Below, piece by piece: positions 1 to 8,983 of a DNA stretch of 27,226 nucleotides. Source of the DNA: an uncultured Bacteroidales bacterium. GTDB taxonomy: Bacteria; Bacteroidota; Bacteroidia; Bacteroidales; P3. The translations under genes were made by a program, and so were the position numbers. Under the pieces are notes generated by a model, which had not been told where the DNA came from, did no database searches, and saw only the letters and a list, made by a program, of their open reading frames with translations. How positions within the stretch are numbered: the first letter of the stretch is position 1; each line of letters opens with the position of its first letter. Location: assembly GCA_947097635.1 (NCBI GenBank), contig CAMURW010000001.1:1-27226 (forward strand), in the 5' to 3' direction.

Positions 1-192
1 TACGAGAAATAAAAATGTTAAAATATGAAGAAGACTGATAATCAGCAAGAAAAGAAAAGGTCTAAATTCCAGTTACAAATGCAACACAAAGTAAAAAAGG
101 GTAAAACAAGTAATAAGTTCGCATTTTTCGCGTTATTATTTTATTGGGCTTAGGACTTCTACCTTACATTATCTTTAAAGAACTACTTTGCA

Positions 193-1026
193 ATGACTAG
201 TACACAATACACGCTCTTCATGGTGACGCTGGCACTGCTGTCCGCCAAAGCGATGGCACAGCCCGACTTCGACAAACTGCAGACGAAGGAAGAATTATAT
301 AATGCCGAAATGGCGACGAAAAGCCTCGCCACGCTGGCCAGCAGCATGACACGCGACTGTCCGCTGCGCAACACTGCCAACACATGGATAGACAGCGTGA
401 CGTTCCACACGGACGGCGGCACATTGAAATACTATCTGCGCATAGACCCCGATGCCATGAGCGAGAGGGAATTTTACATCATGGAATATGTACAACGCGA
501 AGAACTGGAAAAAAAACTTATTGCCAGTTTCATTCCCGACACCAATATGCTGAAAATATTCCAGCTGCTGGATATGCTGGACGGGACGATGCAATGGGAG
601 TACCGTCGCGAGAAGGAACACTTCACCGTCTCCATCACCCCCTCGGAAGTGAACGATGCTCGCCACACCCAGGTCTCCGAAAGCACCGTGGCATACCGGA
701 AACTCATGGAGTTCGTGACACAAACCAACCGGCAGCTCCCCCACCCCATAGCAGAAGAACTGACGCTGGACAGCCTGACGCTAGACAGCCTATTCCTATC
801 CTACCACTACAGTGCCAGCAGTGCACGCTACAATATGGACCTGCTGGCCAGCAGCGGCCGCGACAAGATGCTGAAGTCGCTGAAAGAGGCCACGGGCGGC
901 AGCCTGCAACAACTGACGCTGATGCGCACAGCCCTGCTGGGATTTCAAGTGGTGTACCACGACATCACCCCCTCTGGCAAGCATGCCGAGTACATCATCG
1001 CCCACGAGGAGTTGAAAAGGATGTAG
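193..1026 (+). CDS. Secreted hypothetical protein with two tandem ~120-aa homologous domains
   Basis: 277-aa ORF; signal-peptide-like N-terminus (hydrophobic core ending AKAMA-Q); GC3-rich codons like neighbouring genes; internal repeat (TRDCP..WIDSVT..LKYY versus NRQLP..TLDSLT..LSYHY). Confidence 0.8.
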   Translation: MTSTQYTLFMVTLALLSAKAMAQPDFDKLQTKEELYNAEMATKSLATLASSMTRDCPLRNTANTWIDSVTFHTDGGTLKYYLRIDPDAMSEREFYIMEYVQREELEKKLIASFIPDTNMLKIFQLLDMLDGTMQWEYRREKEHFTVSITPSEVNDARHTQVSESTVAYRKLMEFVTQTNRQLPHPIAEELTLDSLTLDSLFLSYHYSASSARYNMDLLASSGRDKMLKSLKEATGGSLQQLTLMRTALLGFQVVYHDITPSGKHAEYIIAHEELKRM

Positions 1027-1292
1027 CCTCAGCATATTGGCTATCCGCCAAAGAACCTAATGGACAGAACCTTAGGATTGCCACCGAGCTTTACCTATGG
1101 TGCCAACGAAGCATTCGTCATGCTCCTTTGGCAAGGCACTATTTCAAAAGGATGGCACGTAATGGCAGTGTCCCGCAGGTACACACCACCGAGTAGAGGT
1201 TATTATGACAGCCCGCAACAAGATGTGATACTTCCATACAATTATGTATCGGCCATTATGCATTTAAATGCATAAACAGCACGCATTCAGGC

Positions 1293-1464
1293 AGTTAAAA
1301 TAAACAAACCATGCATCGAGTAATGGCATGGGTCGAGAATGGGTCGAGAGTGAGTCGAGAATGGGTCGAGCATTTCCGACGTAGCATCGGCGCAAGCAAG
1401 GCATTGCGGCGATTTCTTCCCAGACTGCCCGAGACCATGATTGCGACAGTCCGCATTATGTCCT
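1293..1464 (-). repeat. Copy 1 of a dispersed intergenic element (inverted relative to the copy at 25708-25890)
   Basis: Reverse complement of 1372-1464 aligns without gaps to 25708-25800 (72/93 by hand count); reverse complement of 1293-1328 aligns to 25855-25890 (28/36). Confidence 0.9.
1329..1372. repeat. Tandem array of four 11-bp units
   Basis: TGGGTCGAGAA TGGGTCGAGAG TGAGTCGAGAA TGGGTCGAGCA read directly. Confidence 0.95.
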
Positions 1465-1864
1465 GGAGATTGTTGCGGACAATCATTCATTTTTTCTCCC
1501 GTCCCAGCATAAGTTGCATCTTTGCGACCGAAATTACGTCGTAAGATGAACTGCAAATCGTGCATTTGCTCATTGAGTTTAGCAATGATAATACGCGGTT
1601 TCCGACAATAGGATCCATATGATCCATGAAGCAACATACTCTTTTTACACCTCCTGCGTGCAGCAACCGCCGCCACGACATGATAGCCATGGATACAGCA
1701 GGAGAACGGTCGCACCATCCTGGACATGCAGGAGTGGGGCTCGCGCACCATCCACGGCCCGAGCGGCTTAGTCGTTGGCTTGTTGAGAACTGGTATTCGG
1801 CGTTTCGGAGGGGATATTTGTACATTTCGTCAATAATCATTCGTAGTATTTCAACACTATTGCG

Positions 1865-1872
1865 TATTTTTG
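1865..1872 (+). promoter_or_regulatory. Bacteroidota sigma-70 -7 element for the efflux operon
   Basis: TATTTTTG matches TAnnTTTG, is followed by CA, and lies about 45 bp upstream of the TolC ATG; no well-spaced TTTG -33 element. Confidence 0.6.
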
Positions 1873-1915
1873 CAAACTGTTATTCGGTTACATAAAAGTG
1901 AATATTGCATTGAAG

Positions 1916-3448
1916 ATGAACAAGAAAAGAATGATACTGTGGGGTCTTTTGCTCACCATTTCTGTAACGACGGCGGCGCAGGGTATGCCGCAAGGGAAAG
2001 GAAGGGAGACCGATGTGCCAAACATCTGCCCCGGCGACCGCCTTACCCTGGACAACTGCCACAAACTGGTACTGAATGCCAACAAAGGTCTGCGTAGCAG
2101 TCAGGAACTGATGTATTCCGCCGAAGAAATGAAGAAAATGAGCGTGGCGGAGTTCTTCCCCCGTGTGTCGGCAAATGGCGCCTATCATTGGCAGAGCCGC
2201 AACCCGCAGCTGCTGAGCGATGAGCAGCAGAAAAGCATAAGCACCATAGGCACCCGGACGACGAGCACTATAATAAACAGCAGCAACCTGCTCACCAACA
2301 TCTCCAATTTGGTGGCGCAACACCCTCAGTTGGGTCTGCTGATGCCCGACGTGCTTAGCACCGTGAACAATCTCACCACAGCCTTGAACAACGAGGGGCG
2401 AAACATAGTGGATGCCTTGGACATGGACCTCGCCAACCTATGCGTAGGCTCCGTTACGGTGACGCAGCCCGTGTATCTGGGCGGTAAGCTGCGTGCCGTG
2501 CATCGTGCCGCCAAGATGGCATACAACCTCTCCGCCACCGCCTACAGCAAGGCCGAACAGGACAAGCTGGTGGAGGTGGACAAAGCCTACTGGCAGGTGA
2601 TAAGCGTGCGCCACAAGAAAGAACTGGCAGAGCGGTACTGCCACTTGCTGGAACATCTGGACAGCAACCTGCAGCTAATGGTGCAGGAAGAAGTGGCCAC
2701 ACAGGCCGACGCCACCAAGGTTCGCGTGAAACTGAACGAGGCCCAGATGAGCCTGACGAAAGCCACCAACGGCTACGAACTGGCACAAATGCTGCTGTTT
2801 CAGATGGTGGGACTGGACATGACCGCACACTACGACGTGGTGGAGGACACCACCCTGGTGAACTACTCCCCCGTGGGCAACATAGACATGGAGAGCATCA
2901 TGCAGAAACGTGACGAGATGAAGATGCTAGCCTATGCCGACACCATCGCCCAGACCGACGTGATGCTGGCACGCAGCGCACTGCTACCCAACATCGTGGT
3001 GGAGGGCAGCTATCTCACCACGCGCCCCAGTTTCTTCAACGGCTACGAAAATAAGTTCGGAGGCACGGTGGCGGCAGGCATAGTGGTGAACATCCCCATA
3101 GCACACCCCGGCGCCATCTACAACTACAAGGCCGCCAGACATAGAGCTGCAGCGGCACGCCTGCGACACGAAGAGGCTCAGGAAATGGTGCAGCTGGAAG
3201 TGAACAAACTGAACACCGACCTGCAGGTGAGCCGCAAAAAGCTGGTGCAGGCACAAACCAACCTGACCAATGCCGAGGAAAACCTGGCATTGGCCACGGA
3301 AAGTTTCGAAGCTGGAGTGATAAGCAGCACAGAGCTGATGGCAGCACAGACCGCATGGCTGCAGGCCAGGAGCGAAGTGCTGGACGCCGATATAGAGATC
3401 CGTATGAACTACCTGTACCTAAACAAGGCGATGGGCAACAGAAGGTAA
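1916..3448 (+). CDS. TolC-family outer membrane efflux protein
   Basis: Signal peptide; two OEP repeats (LTLDNCHKLVLNAN..FFPRVSANG..QPVYLGGK; ARSALLP..VNIPI; ESFEAGVISSTELMAAQTAW..LNKAMG). ATG 1916 preferred over GTG 1898. Confidence 0.93.
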   Translation: MNKKRMILWGLLLTISVTTAAQGMPQGKGRETDVPNICPGDRLTLDNCHKLVLNANKGLRSSQELMYSAEEMKKMSVAEFFPRVSANGAYHWQSRNPQLLSDEQQKSISTIGTRTTSTIINSSNLLTNISNLVAQHPQLGLLMPDVLSTVNNLTTALNNEGRNIVDALDMDLANLCVGSVTVTQPVYLGGKLRAVHRAAKMAYNLSATAYSKAEQDKLVEVDKAYWQVISVRHKKELAERYCHLLEHLDSNLQLMVQEEVATQADATKVRVKLNEAQMSLTKATNGYELAQMLLFQMVGLDMTAHYDVVEDTTLVNYSPVGNIDMESIMQKRDEMKMLAYADTIAQTDVMLARSALLPNIVVEGSYLTTRPSFFNGYENKFGGTVAAGIVVNIPIAHPGAIYNYKAARHRAAAARLRHEEAQEMVQLEVNKLNTDLQVSRKKLVQAQTNLTNAEENLALATESFEAGVISSTELMAAQTAWLQARSEVLDADIEIRMNYLYLNKAMGNRR

Positions 3449-3522
3449 TTTCATTTTTCACAATAACAACAGAACCGGGCGATACATCGTTCGCCCCTAA
3501 ATTAAATAAACAATAATTTTCC

Positions 3523-4557
3523 ATGGAAACGACAGAAGAAGAAATCTCCAAACAGAACAAACGCAGCGTATGGATCGGCATAGGCATAGTGGTAGGAGTG
3601 ATAGTGCTGGTAGGCGTGATAGGCCTTATCGCCTTGTCTCCCGAAAAGGATGAGATAGTAGGCGAAGTAAGCGCCAGCGAATATCGTGTAAGCGGCAAAG
3701 TGCCGGGGCGCGTGGCGGAGTTCTACGTAAGCGAAGGCGACAAAGTGAAAAAAGGCGACACACTGGTGTATATCCCCAGCCCCGAAGTGGATGCCAAGAT
3801 GGAACAGGCCAAAGCGGCCCGCGCCGCTGCCGTGGCACAGAGCAACAAAGCCAATGCCGGTGCTCGCAGCCAGACCATCACCGCCGCCAAGGAACTCTAT
3901 AACAAGGCACAGGCTGCCGAAGAGGTGTACAAGAAAAGCTACGACCGCACCAAGGCCCTTTTCGACAAGAAGGTGATCAGCGCACAGAAAATGGATGAAA
4001 TGGAGGCCAAATACAAAGCGGCCGCGGCCGACTGTGCCGCCGCCAAAAGCCAGTACGAGATGGCACTGGAAGGCGCGCAGGCTGAAGACAAAGCCGCCGC
4101 CGCCGCCCTGGTGGCCAGGGCGCAAGGCGCCATAAGCGAAGTGACGGCATACGAGGAAGAACGATACCTAACGAGCCCCGCCAATGGCGAGGTGGCAGAG
4201 ATATTTCCACACAAAGGCGAGCTGGTGGGGCAGGGCAGCCCCGTGATGAGCATACTGGACATGAGCGACGTGTGGTTCACTTTCGCCGTCCGTGAAGACC
4301 AGCTGAAAGGCATGAAAGTGGGCGACACCATTGAAGTGGTTATCCCCGCCCTGAGCAGCAAAGCCATGCACCCCTCCGTGATAAAACGCATGGCCCCCAT
4401 GGCCAGCTACGCCACCTGGAGGGCTACGAAGAACAGCGGCCAATACGACGTGAAGAGTTTCGATATCAAGGTAGTGCCTCTTGAGAACGACATCAAAGGC
4501 CTGAGACCCGGCATGACGGCGATGGTGAAGCAGCAGAACAACATCTTTCACTTTTAA
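3523..4557 (+). CDS. HlyD-family periplasmic adaptor (membrane fusion protein)
   Basis: N-terminal TM helix; lipoyl halves (VSGKVPGRVAEFYVSEGDKVKKGDTL; SPANGEV..GELVGQGSP); Ala-rich coiled-coil hairpin; C-terminal LRPGMT. Confidence 0.93.
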   Translation: METTEEEISKQNKRSVWIGIGIVVGVIVLVGVIGLIALSPEKDEIVGEVSASEYRVSGKVPGRVAEFYVSEGDKVKKGDTLVYIPSPEVDAKMEQAKAARAAAVAQSNKANAGARSQTITAAKELYNKAQAAEEVYKKSYDRTKALFDKKVISAQKMDEMEAKYKAAAADCAAAKSQYEMALEGAQAEDKAAAAALVARAQGAISEVTAYEEERYLTSPANGEVAEIFPHKGELVGQGSPVMSILDMSDVWFTFAVREDQLKGMKVGDTIEVVIPALSSKAMHPSVIKRMAPMASYATWRATKNSGQYDVKSFDIKVVPLENDIKGLRPGMTAMVKQQNNIFHF

Positions 4558-4569
4558 ATCTTACCTCCG

Positions 4570-5736
4570 TTGTATCACAATTTTATAAGAGTCCTAGGGC
4601 GCGAAGTGCTGCATATCTATCGTCATCCATCGCATTTATTGTGGCTGACGTTAGGTGTCATCTTCAGCTATCTCTTCTTCATCTCGCTGATGAACGAAGG
4701 ACAACCGAAGAAGCTCTCCATTGCCATTGTGGACAACGACGGCAGCTACATTAGCCGAGAGCTGAGCCACAACCTGCAGGCTATGCCTGAAGTGAGCGTC
4801 ACAGCGGTGTACAACAACCACACCGAGGCCCGCAAGGCATTGCAGAAACAAGAGGTATACGCCTTCCTGGAGATACCTGCTGGCACCTATCAGAAGGTGC
4901 AGGCACTGGAAGCCCCTACCGTGCACATTTACCTGGACCAGACGCATCTGCTTCCAGGCTCACTGAGTTTCCAAAGCCTGCTGACCATGGTGAATATGGC
5001 TACCGGCTCTGCACAGAGGACCATCCTGCGCATGAAAGGATATACCGATGATGCCATCATGGGAATCATACAGCCCATCACTATAGATTCCCACAAGATA
5101 GGCAACCCCATGGCCAACTATTCCAGCTACCTGCTCACCACTTTGCTGCCAGGCATCATGGGACTGCAAGTGCTGCTGCTCACCATCTATATCATAGGCA
5201 GCGAGATGAAACGCGGCACCAGCTACGACTGGCTTGCCACGGCAGGCGACAATATGACCGTGGCACTGCTGGGCAAATTGCTGCCCTACACCATCTGGTT
5301 CCTGTTGCTGCAGGAAATAGGAATGCTGGTGCTTTTTGTAGGCTACAAGTTTCCTCTGCATGGCAGTTTCCTCACCTTGGTGGTATCCAGCCTGCTGTAT
5401 GTGGTGGCCATGCAGGGCATGGGCGTTGCACTTATGGCACTGATACCAGAATTGCGCATTGCCATCAGCCTCGGCACCTTCCTAGGCATGTGGGGCTTCT
5501 CGCTGAGCGGCTTCACCTATCCTGCCACCAATATGTTTGGTGCTGTACAGGCAATCACATACCTGTTCCCTCTGCGTCATTTTTACCTCATTTACGTGAA
5601 CGAGGCAATCTTCGGCGGCGGATTCTGGCAGAGCGTACCCTATATGGTGTTCCTGCTGCTCTTCGTGCTGCTGCCGGTGCCGGTGATGAACACGCTGCAC
5701 AGAAACATGCGGCCCCCCTGCGCCTGTCGTGGATGA
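4570..5736 (+). CDS. ABC-2 type transporter permease
   Basis: TTG start; one TM, periplasmic domain (IAIVDNDGSYISREL), then five TMs; SGFTYP and FPLRHF motifs typical of the ABC2_membrane_3 family. Confidence 0.88.
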   Translation: MYHNFIRVLGREVLHIYRHPSHLLWLTLGVIFSYLFFISLMNEGQPKKLSIAIVDNDGSYISRELSHNLQAMPEVSVTAVYNNHTEARKALQKQEVYAFLEIPAGTYQKVQALEAPTVHIYLDQTHLLPGSLSFQSLLTMVNMATGSAQRTILRMKGYTDDAIMGIIQPITIDSHKIGNPMANYSSYLLTTLLPGIMGLQVLLLTIYIIGSEMKRGTSYDWLATAGDNMTVALLGKLLPYTIWFLLLQEIGMLVLFVGYKFPLHGSFLTLVVSSLLYVVAMQGMGVALMALIPELRIAISLGTFLGMWGFSLSGFTYPATNMFGAVQAITYLFPLRHFYLIYVNEAIFGGGFWQSVPYMVFLLLFVLLPVPVMNTLHRNMRPPCACRG

Positions 5737-5754
5737 ACCATAATACCGTAAGCT

Positions 5755-7050
5755 ATGCAAGCTGTCACTAATATTATAAAAAAGAACCTCAAAGATATTT
5801 GGAATGTCTTTACTCTGGAATGCCGTCGCGTATTCACGGAGTCGGGTGTCATTATCATCTTCTTCGTGGCCGGACTGCTGTATCCTGTGCTGTACAATCT
5901 GGTGTATCATAAGGAGAGCGTGGACAACCTGCCTATCGCCGTAGTGGACGAAAGCCGTAGCGATATCAGCCGTCGCTACATCCATAAAATGAACGCCACG
6001 CCAGAAATCAACGTACGCTACTATTGCAACAACATGCGCGAGGCTAAACACCTGATGCAGAAACGGCGCATTAACGGTATAGTGTATTTCCCCAGTGACT
6101 ATGACGAACGGCTGGCATCGCTGCAGACGGCGCAGATAAGTGTGTTTTGCGACATGAGCACCTTCCTGTACTATAAAAGCGTGCTGCTGGCGTGCAACAA
6201 TGTGATGCTGGACGAGATGCAGCAAATACAGCTGCAACACTACAATATGGCGGGCATTACCGGAGAGAGGGGCGAAGTGCTGGCGAAACCCATCCAGTAC
6301 GAGATTACCAACCTGTATGGTAAAGGCGGCTACGCCAGTTTCCTGCTGCCAGCACTGCTTATCATGGTGATACATCAAACCCTGGTATTCGGCATTGGCA
6401 TGCTGGGCGGCGGTGCGCACGAAGACAAGAGGGAGGTAGAACTCATACCTGCCCATTTGCGCAACGGGAATGTGTATCGTGTGGTGTTGGGGCGTGCCCT
6501 GGCATACTTCGTGATCTACGTTCCCCTGATGGCCATAGACCTGCTGCTGATACCGATAATATTCAACCTCCCTCATCTGGGCACTCCGCACGATCTCATC
6601 GGCTTCCTCCTGCCCTTTATGCTTGCCACCATCTTCTTCGGCATGACCTACAGCGTGTTGATAAAAGAACGTGAGACAGGTCCGCTCACCACGGCATTCT
6701 TTAGCCTTATACTGGTATTCATCAGTGGCATAGCCTGGCCTTTGGACAGTATGCCCAAAGTGTGGCAGTGGCTGTCCGTGCTCTTCCCTTCCACGCATGG
6801 CGTGCAAGGATATGTCAAAATCAACTCGATGGGTGCCACGCTGGCACAGGTGCAGTTCGAATTGCAGGCGTTGTGGATACAGACGGGAGTCTATTTCATC
6901 GCCGCCGTCTTCTCTCTCGTATACATCTACAAACGACGTCCTGCCGACCTGCGTGCCAAGAAGCGCAGGGGTGCTTTCGACCACAGGGTGCGTGTGAGCG
7001 TGGTAAAACTGAGGCACCAGCGCAGGGTGCAGCTTAATGGCAATGAATAA
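5755..7050 (+). CDS. ABC-2 type transporter permease (second paralog)
   Basis: IAVVDESRSDISR periplasmic domain; GYASFLLPA; SGIAWP..MP; INSMGATL; multiple TMs. Confidence 0.9.
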   Translation: MQAVTNIIKKNLKDIWNVFTLECRRVFTESGVIIIFFVAGLLYPVLYNLVYHKESVDNLPIAVVDESRSDISRRYIHKMNATPEINVRYYCNNMREAKHLMQKRRINGIVYFPSDYDERLASLQTAQISVFCDMSTFLYYKSVLLACNNVMLDEMQQIQLQHYNMAGITGERGEVLAKPIQYEITNLYGKGGYASFLLPALLIMVIHQTLVFGIGMLGGGAHEDKREVELIPAHLRNGNVYRVVLGRALAYFVIYVPLMAIDLLLIPIIFNLPHLGTPHDLIGFLLPFMLATIFFGMTYSVLIKERETGPLTTAFFSLILVFISGIAWPLDSMPKVWQWLSVLFPSTHGVQGYVKINSMGATLAQVQFELQALWIQTGVYFIAAVFSLVYIYKRRPADLRAKKRRGAFDHRVRVSVVKLRHQRRVQLNGNE

Positions 7051-8164
7051 ACGTGACACACATAATGCAGCGGCACCGTCCCAGCACCCTGTGCATGGCG
7101 TTTGGTACAACCGGCAGAAGGCAAGTGCCGTCCCCACCCCACGGCTATCGGTGCGGACACTGCATCCCTTCAACCACAAGGTGGTGCTGTGGCTCTCCCT
7201 GACGCTGGGTACGCTGCTTACTGTTATCATCCAACTGAGCAACCTCTACAGCGTAGGGCATCCCGCTTTCTCATGGGGCGACCTACTGGTGTCGGGAGGA
7301 CTGAACGTGCTGCTGTGTTATCTCCTCTTCCTCTACAATTTCGCCATTGCCAAACGAGAGGGTATAGTGACGTGGAAACGCTATCTCTACGGCACCATCG
7401 GCACATTGGTCATCACCACATTATTCACGTTCCTGGCAAAGGAACTGAGGCTGCGGATTGTGAGCGAGGTAACGGTGACGGGCAATATCAATGTGGCCAT
7501 GTTCAAGGACATCAGCGCCGCACTGGTGGTGCTACTGATAACTTTCCTTATCTTTAATATCACCCGACATCAGAAGATGCAGCTGGAAAACCAACGCCTC
7601 AACGAAGAGAATATGCGTATACGCTACGATGCCCTGCTGAGTCAACTGGACCCCCACTTTCTCTTCAATAGCCTGAACACGCTGAACGGGCTGATAGGCG
7701 TAGACGAAGCCAAAGCCCACGACTATGTGCAACAGCTGGCACAGACCTACAGATACATCATACAGAACAACAAGTTGGTGACGCTGGACGACGAGCTGTC
7801 TTTCGTGAAAAGTTATATTTACCTCCTGAAGATACGCTACGGCAACAACCTGATAATAAAACAAAATATCCTAGAAGAGGCGAAGCAGCGCGGGATAGTG
7901 CCCATTAGCCTTCAGCTGCTGATAGAAAACGCCGTGAAGCATAATGTGGTCTCAAACAAGCACCCACTAACCATAAGCATCTCCACGCCCGATGCCGAAA
8001 CCATAGTGGTGCGCAATACCATCTGCCTGAAGCAAGAGGAGCCAATGGGCGAAAAAGTAGGCCTCGCCAACCTGGCCGAACGTTACAAACTGGTGAGCGA
8101 CTGGGCTGTGGAAGTGCACAGAGACAGTACCACCTTCGAAGTGTCCATACCCCTGCTAAGCTAA
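7037..8164 (+). CDS. LytS/YehU-type sensor histidine kinase
   Basis: About four TM helices, H-box SQLDPHFLFNSLNTL, N-box LQLLIENAVKHN, G-box-like KVGLANLAERY. Start uncertain (7037, 7043 or later); overlaps the permease stop. Confidence 0.92.
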   Translation: MAMNKRDTHNAAAPSQHPVHGVWYNRQKASAVPTPRLSVRTLHPFNHKVVLWLSLTLGTLLTVIIQLSNLYSVGHPAFSWGDLLVSGGLNVLLCYLLFLYNFAIAKREGIVTWKRYLYGTIGTLVITTLFTFLAKELRLRIVSEVTVTGNINVAMFKDISAALVVLLITFLIFNITRHQKMQLENQRLNEENMRIRYDALLSQLDPHFLFNSLNTLNGLIGVDEAKAHDYVQQLAQTYRYIIQNNKLVTLDDELSFVKSYIYLLKIRYGNNLIIKQNILEEAKQRGIVPISLQLLIENAVKHNVVSNKHPLTISISTPDAETIVVRNTICLKQEEPMGEKVGLANLAERYKLVSDWAVEVHRDSTTFEVSIPLLS

Positions 8165-8186
8165 CAACATATCTGAAATAATAGTG

Positions 8187-8960
8187 ATGAAAGCATTGAT
8201 TCTGGAAGACGAAGACATAGCATCGCAAAGCCTACAGCGCCAACTAAACGAACTGCGACCCGACATACAGATTGCGGCGATGCTGCAGACAGTGGAAGAA
8301 GCGGCAGACTGGTTTGACCAGCACAAAGAACCCGACCTGGCGTTCTTCGATATCCATCTGGCCGACGGTAGCGTGTTCCGCCTCTTCGACAAGGTGACAG
8401 TATATTGTCCTATTATTTTCACCACAGCCTACGACCAATACGCCCTGGAAGCCTTCAAGGTGAACAGCATAGACTACCTGTTGAAGCCCATCGCCACACA
8501 GGACCTGCAGCGTGCGCTGGACAAGTATGACCTGCTGTCGCAGCAAAGCCGCAAAACAGAAAACGTTGACGACGAATCGCTGCGGCACCTTATTGCCATG
8601 ATGCACAAGGGTGGGCGGCAATACAAAGGTTATTTCCTAATTCCTTCGGGCGACAAACTGGTGCCACTGGCCACGCAGGATATCGCCTGCATCTATCTGG
8701 ACAACAAACAGAGCATAGCGGTAACCTTCGGCGGCAAGAGCCACATCATCGATAAGCCTCTGGATACTATCATGCAGGACTTGGATCCCCGCGTCTTCTT
8801 TCGTGCCAACCGACAATATATCGTGTCGCATCGTGCCGTGCAGGATATCTCATTCTGGTTTGGCAGCAAATTGCAGCTGCGACTTATCGTGCCGACCCCT
8901 GGCCGCATAGTGATAAGCAAGGCCAAGGTGGCGGGGTTCAAAGACTGGTACACAAAGTAG
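8187..8960 (+). CDS. LytTR-family response regulator
   Basis: Receiver domain (ILEDE, FFDIHLADG, IFTTAYDQYA, YLLKP) plus LytTR domain (LDPRVFFRANRQYIV). Confidence 0.95.
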   Translation: MKALILEDEDIASQSLQRQLNELRPDIQIAAMLQTVEEAADWFDQHKEPDLAFFDIHLADGSVFRLFDKVTVYCPIIFTTAYDQYALEAFKVNSIDYLLKPIATQDLQRALDKYDLLSQQSRKTENVDDESLRHLIAMMHKGGRQYKGYFLIPSGDKLVPLATQDIACIYLDNKQSIAVTFGGKSHIIDKPLDTIMQDLDPRVFFRANRQYIVSHRAVQDISFWFGSKLQLRLIVPTPGRIVISKAKVAGFKDWYTK

Positions 8961-8983
8961 GTAGCCCCCTCTATGTCGTCTAT

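Noticed and set aside
25..153. 42-codon Lys-rich ORF with a hydrophobic end, containing a CTGATAATCAG palindrome at 35-45
   Set aside because: AT-rich composition unlike this genome's genes; too short to support without homology or expression data.
1060..1275. 71-aa ORF in the first intergenic gap
   Set aside because: No motif, atypical codon usage, and it overlaps the flank of the repeat element.
1329..1372. Possible CRISPR array (also 25800-25854)
   Set aside because: Units are contiguous 11-mers with no unique spacers, and no cas genes are present.
1287..1751. 154-aa ORF with peptide similarity to ORFs at 25685-26013
   Set aside because: The similarity reflects the DNA repeat; the extra 11-bp unit splits it across frames in copy 2, and the composition is not protein-like.
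5482..7242. 586-aa minus-strand ORF
   Set aside because: Antisense shadow of the permease genes, expected with GC3-rich codon usage; no recognisable motifs.
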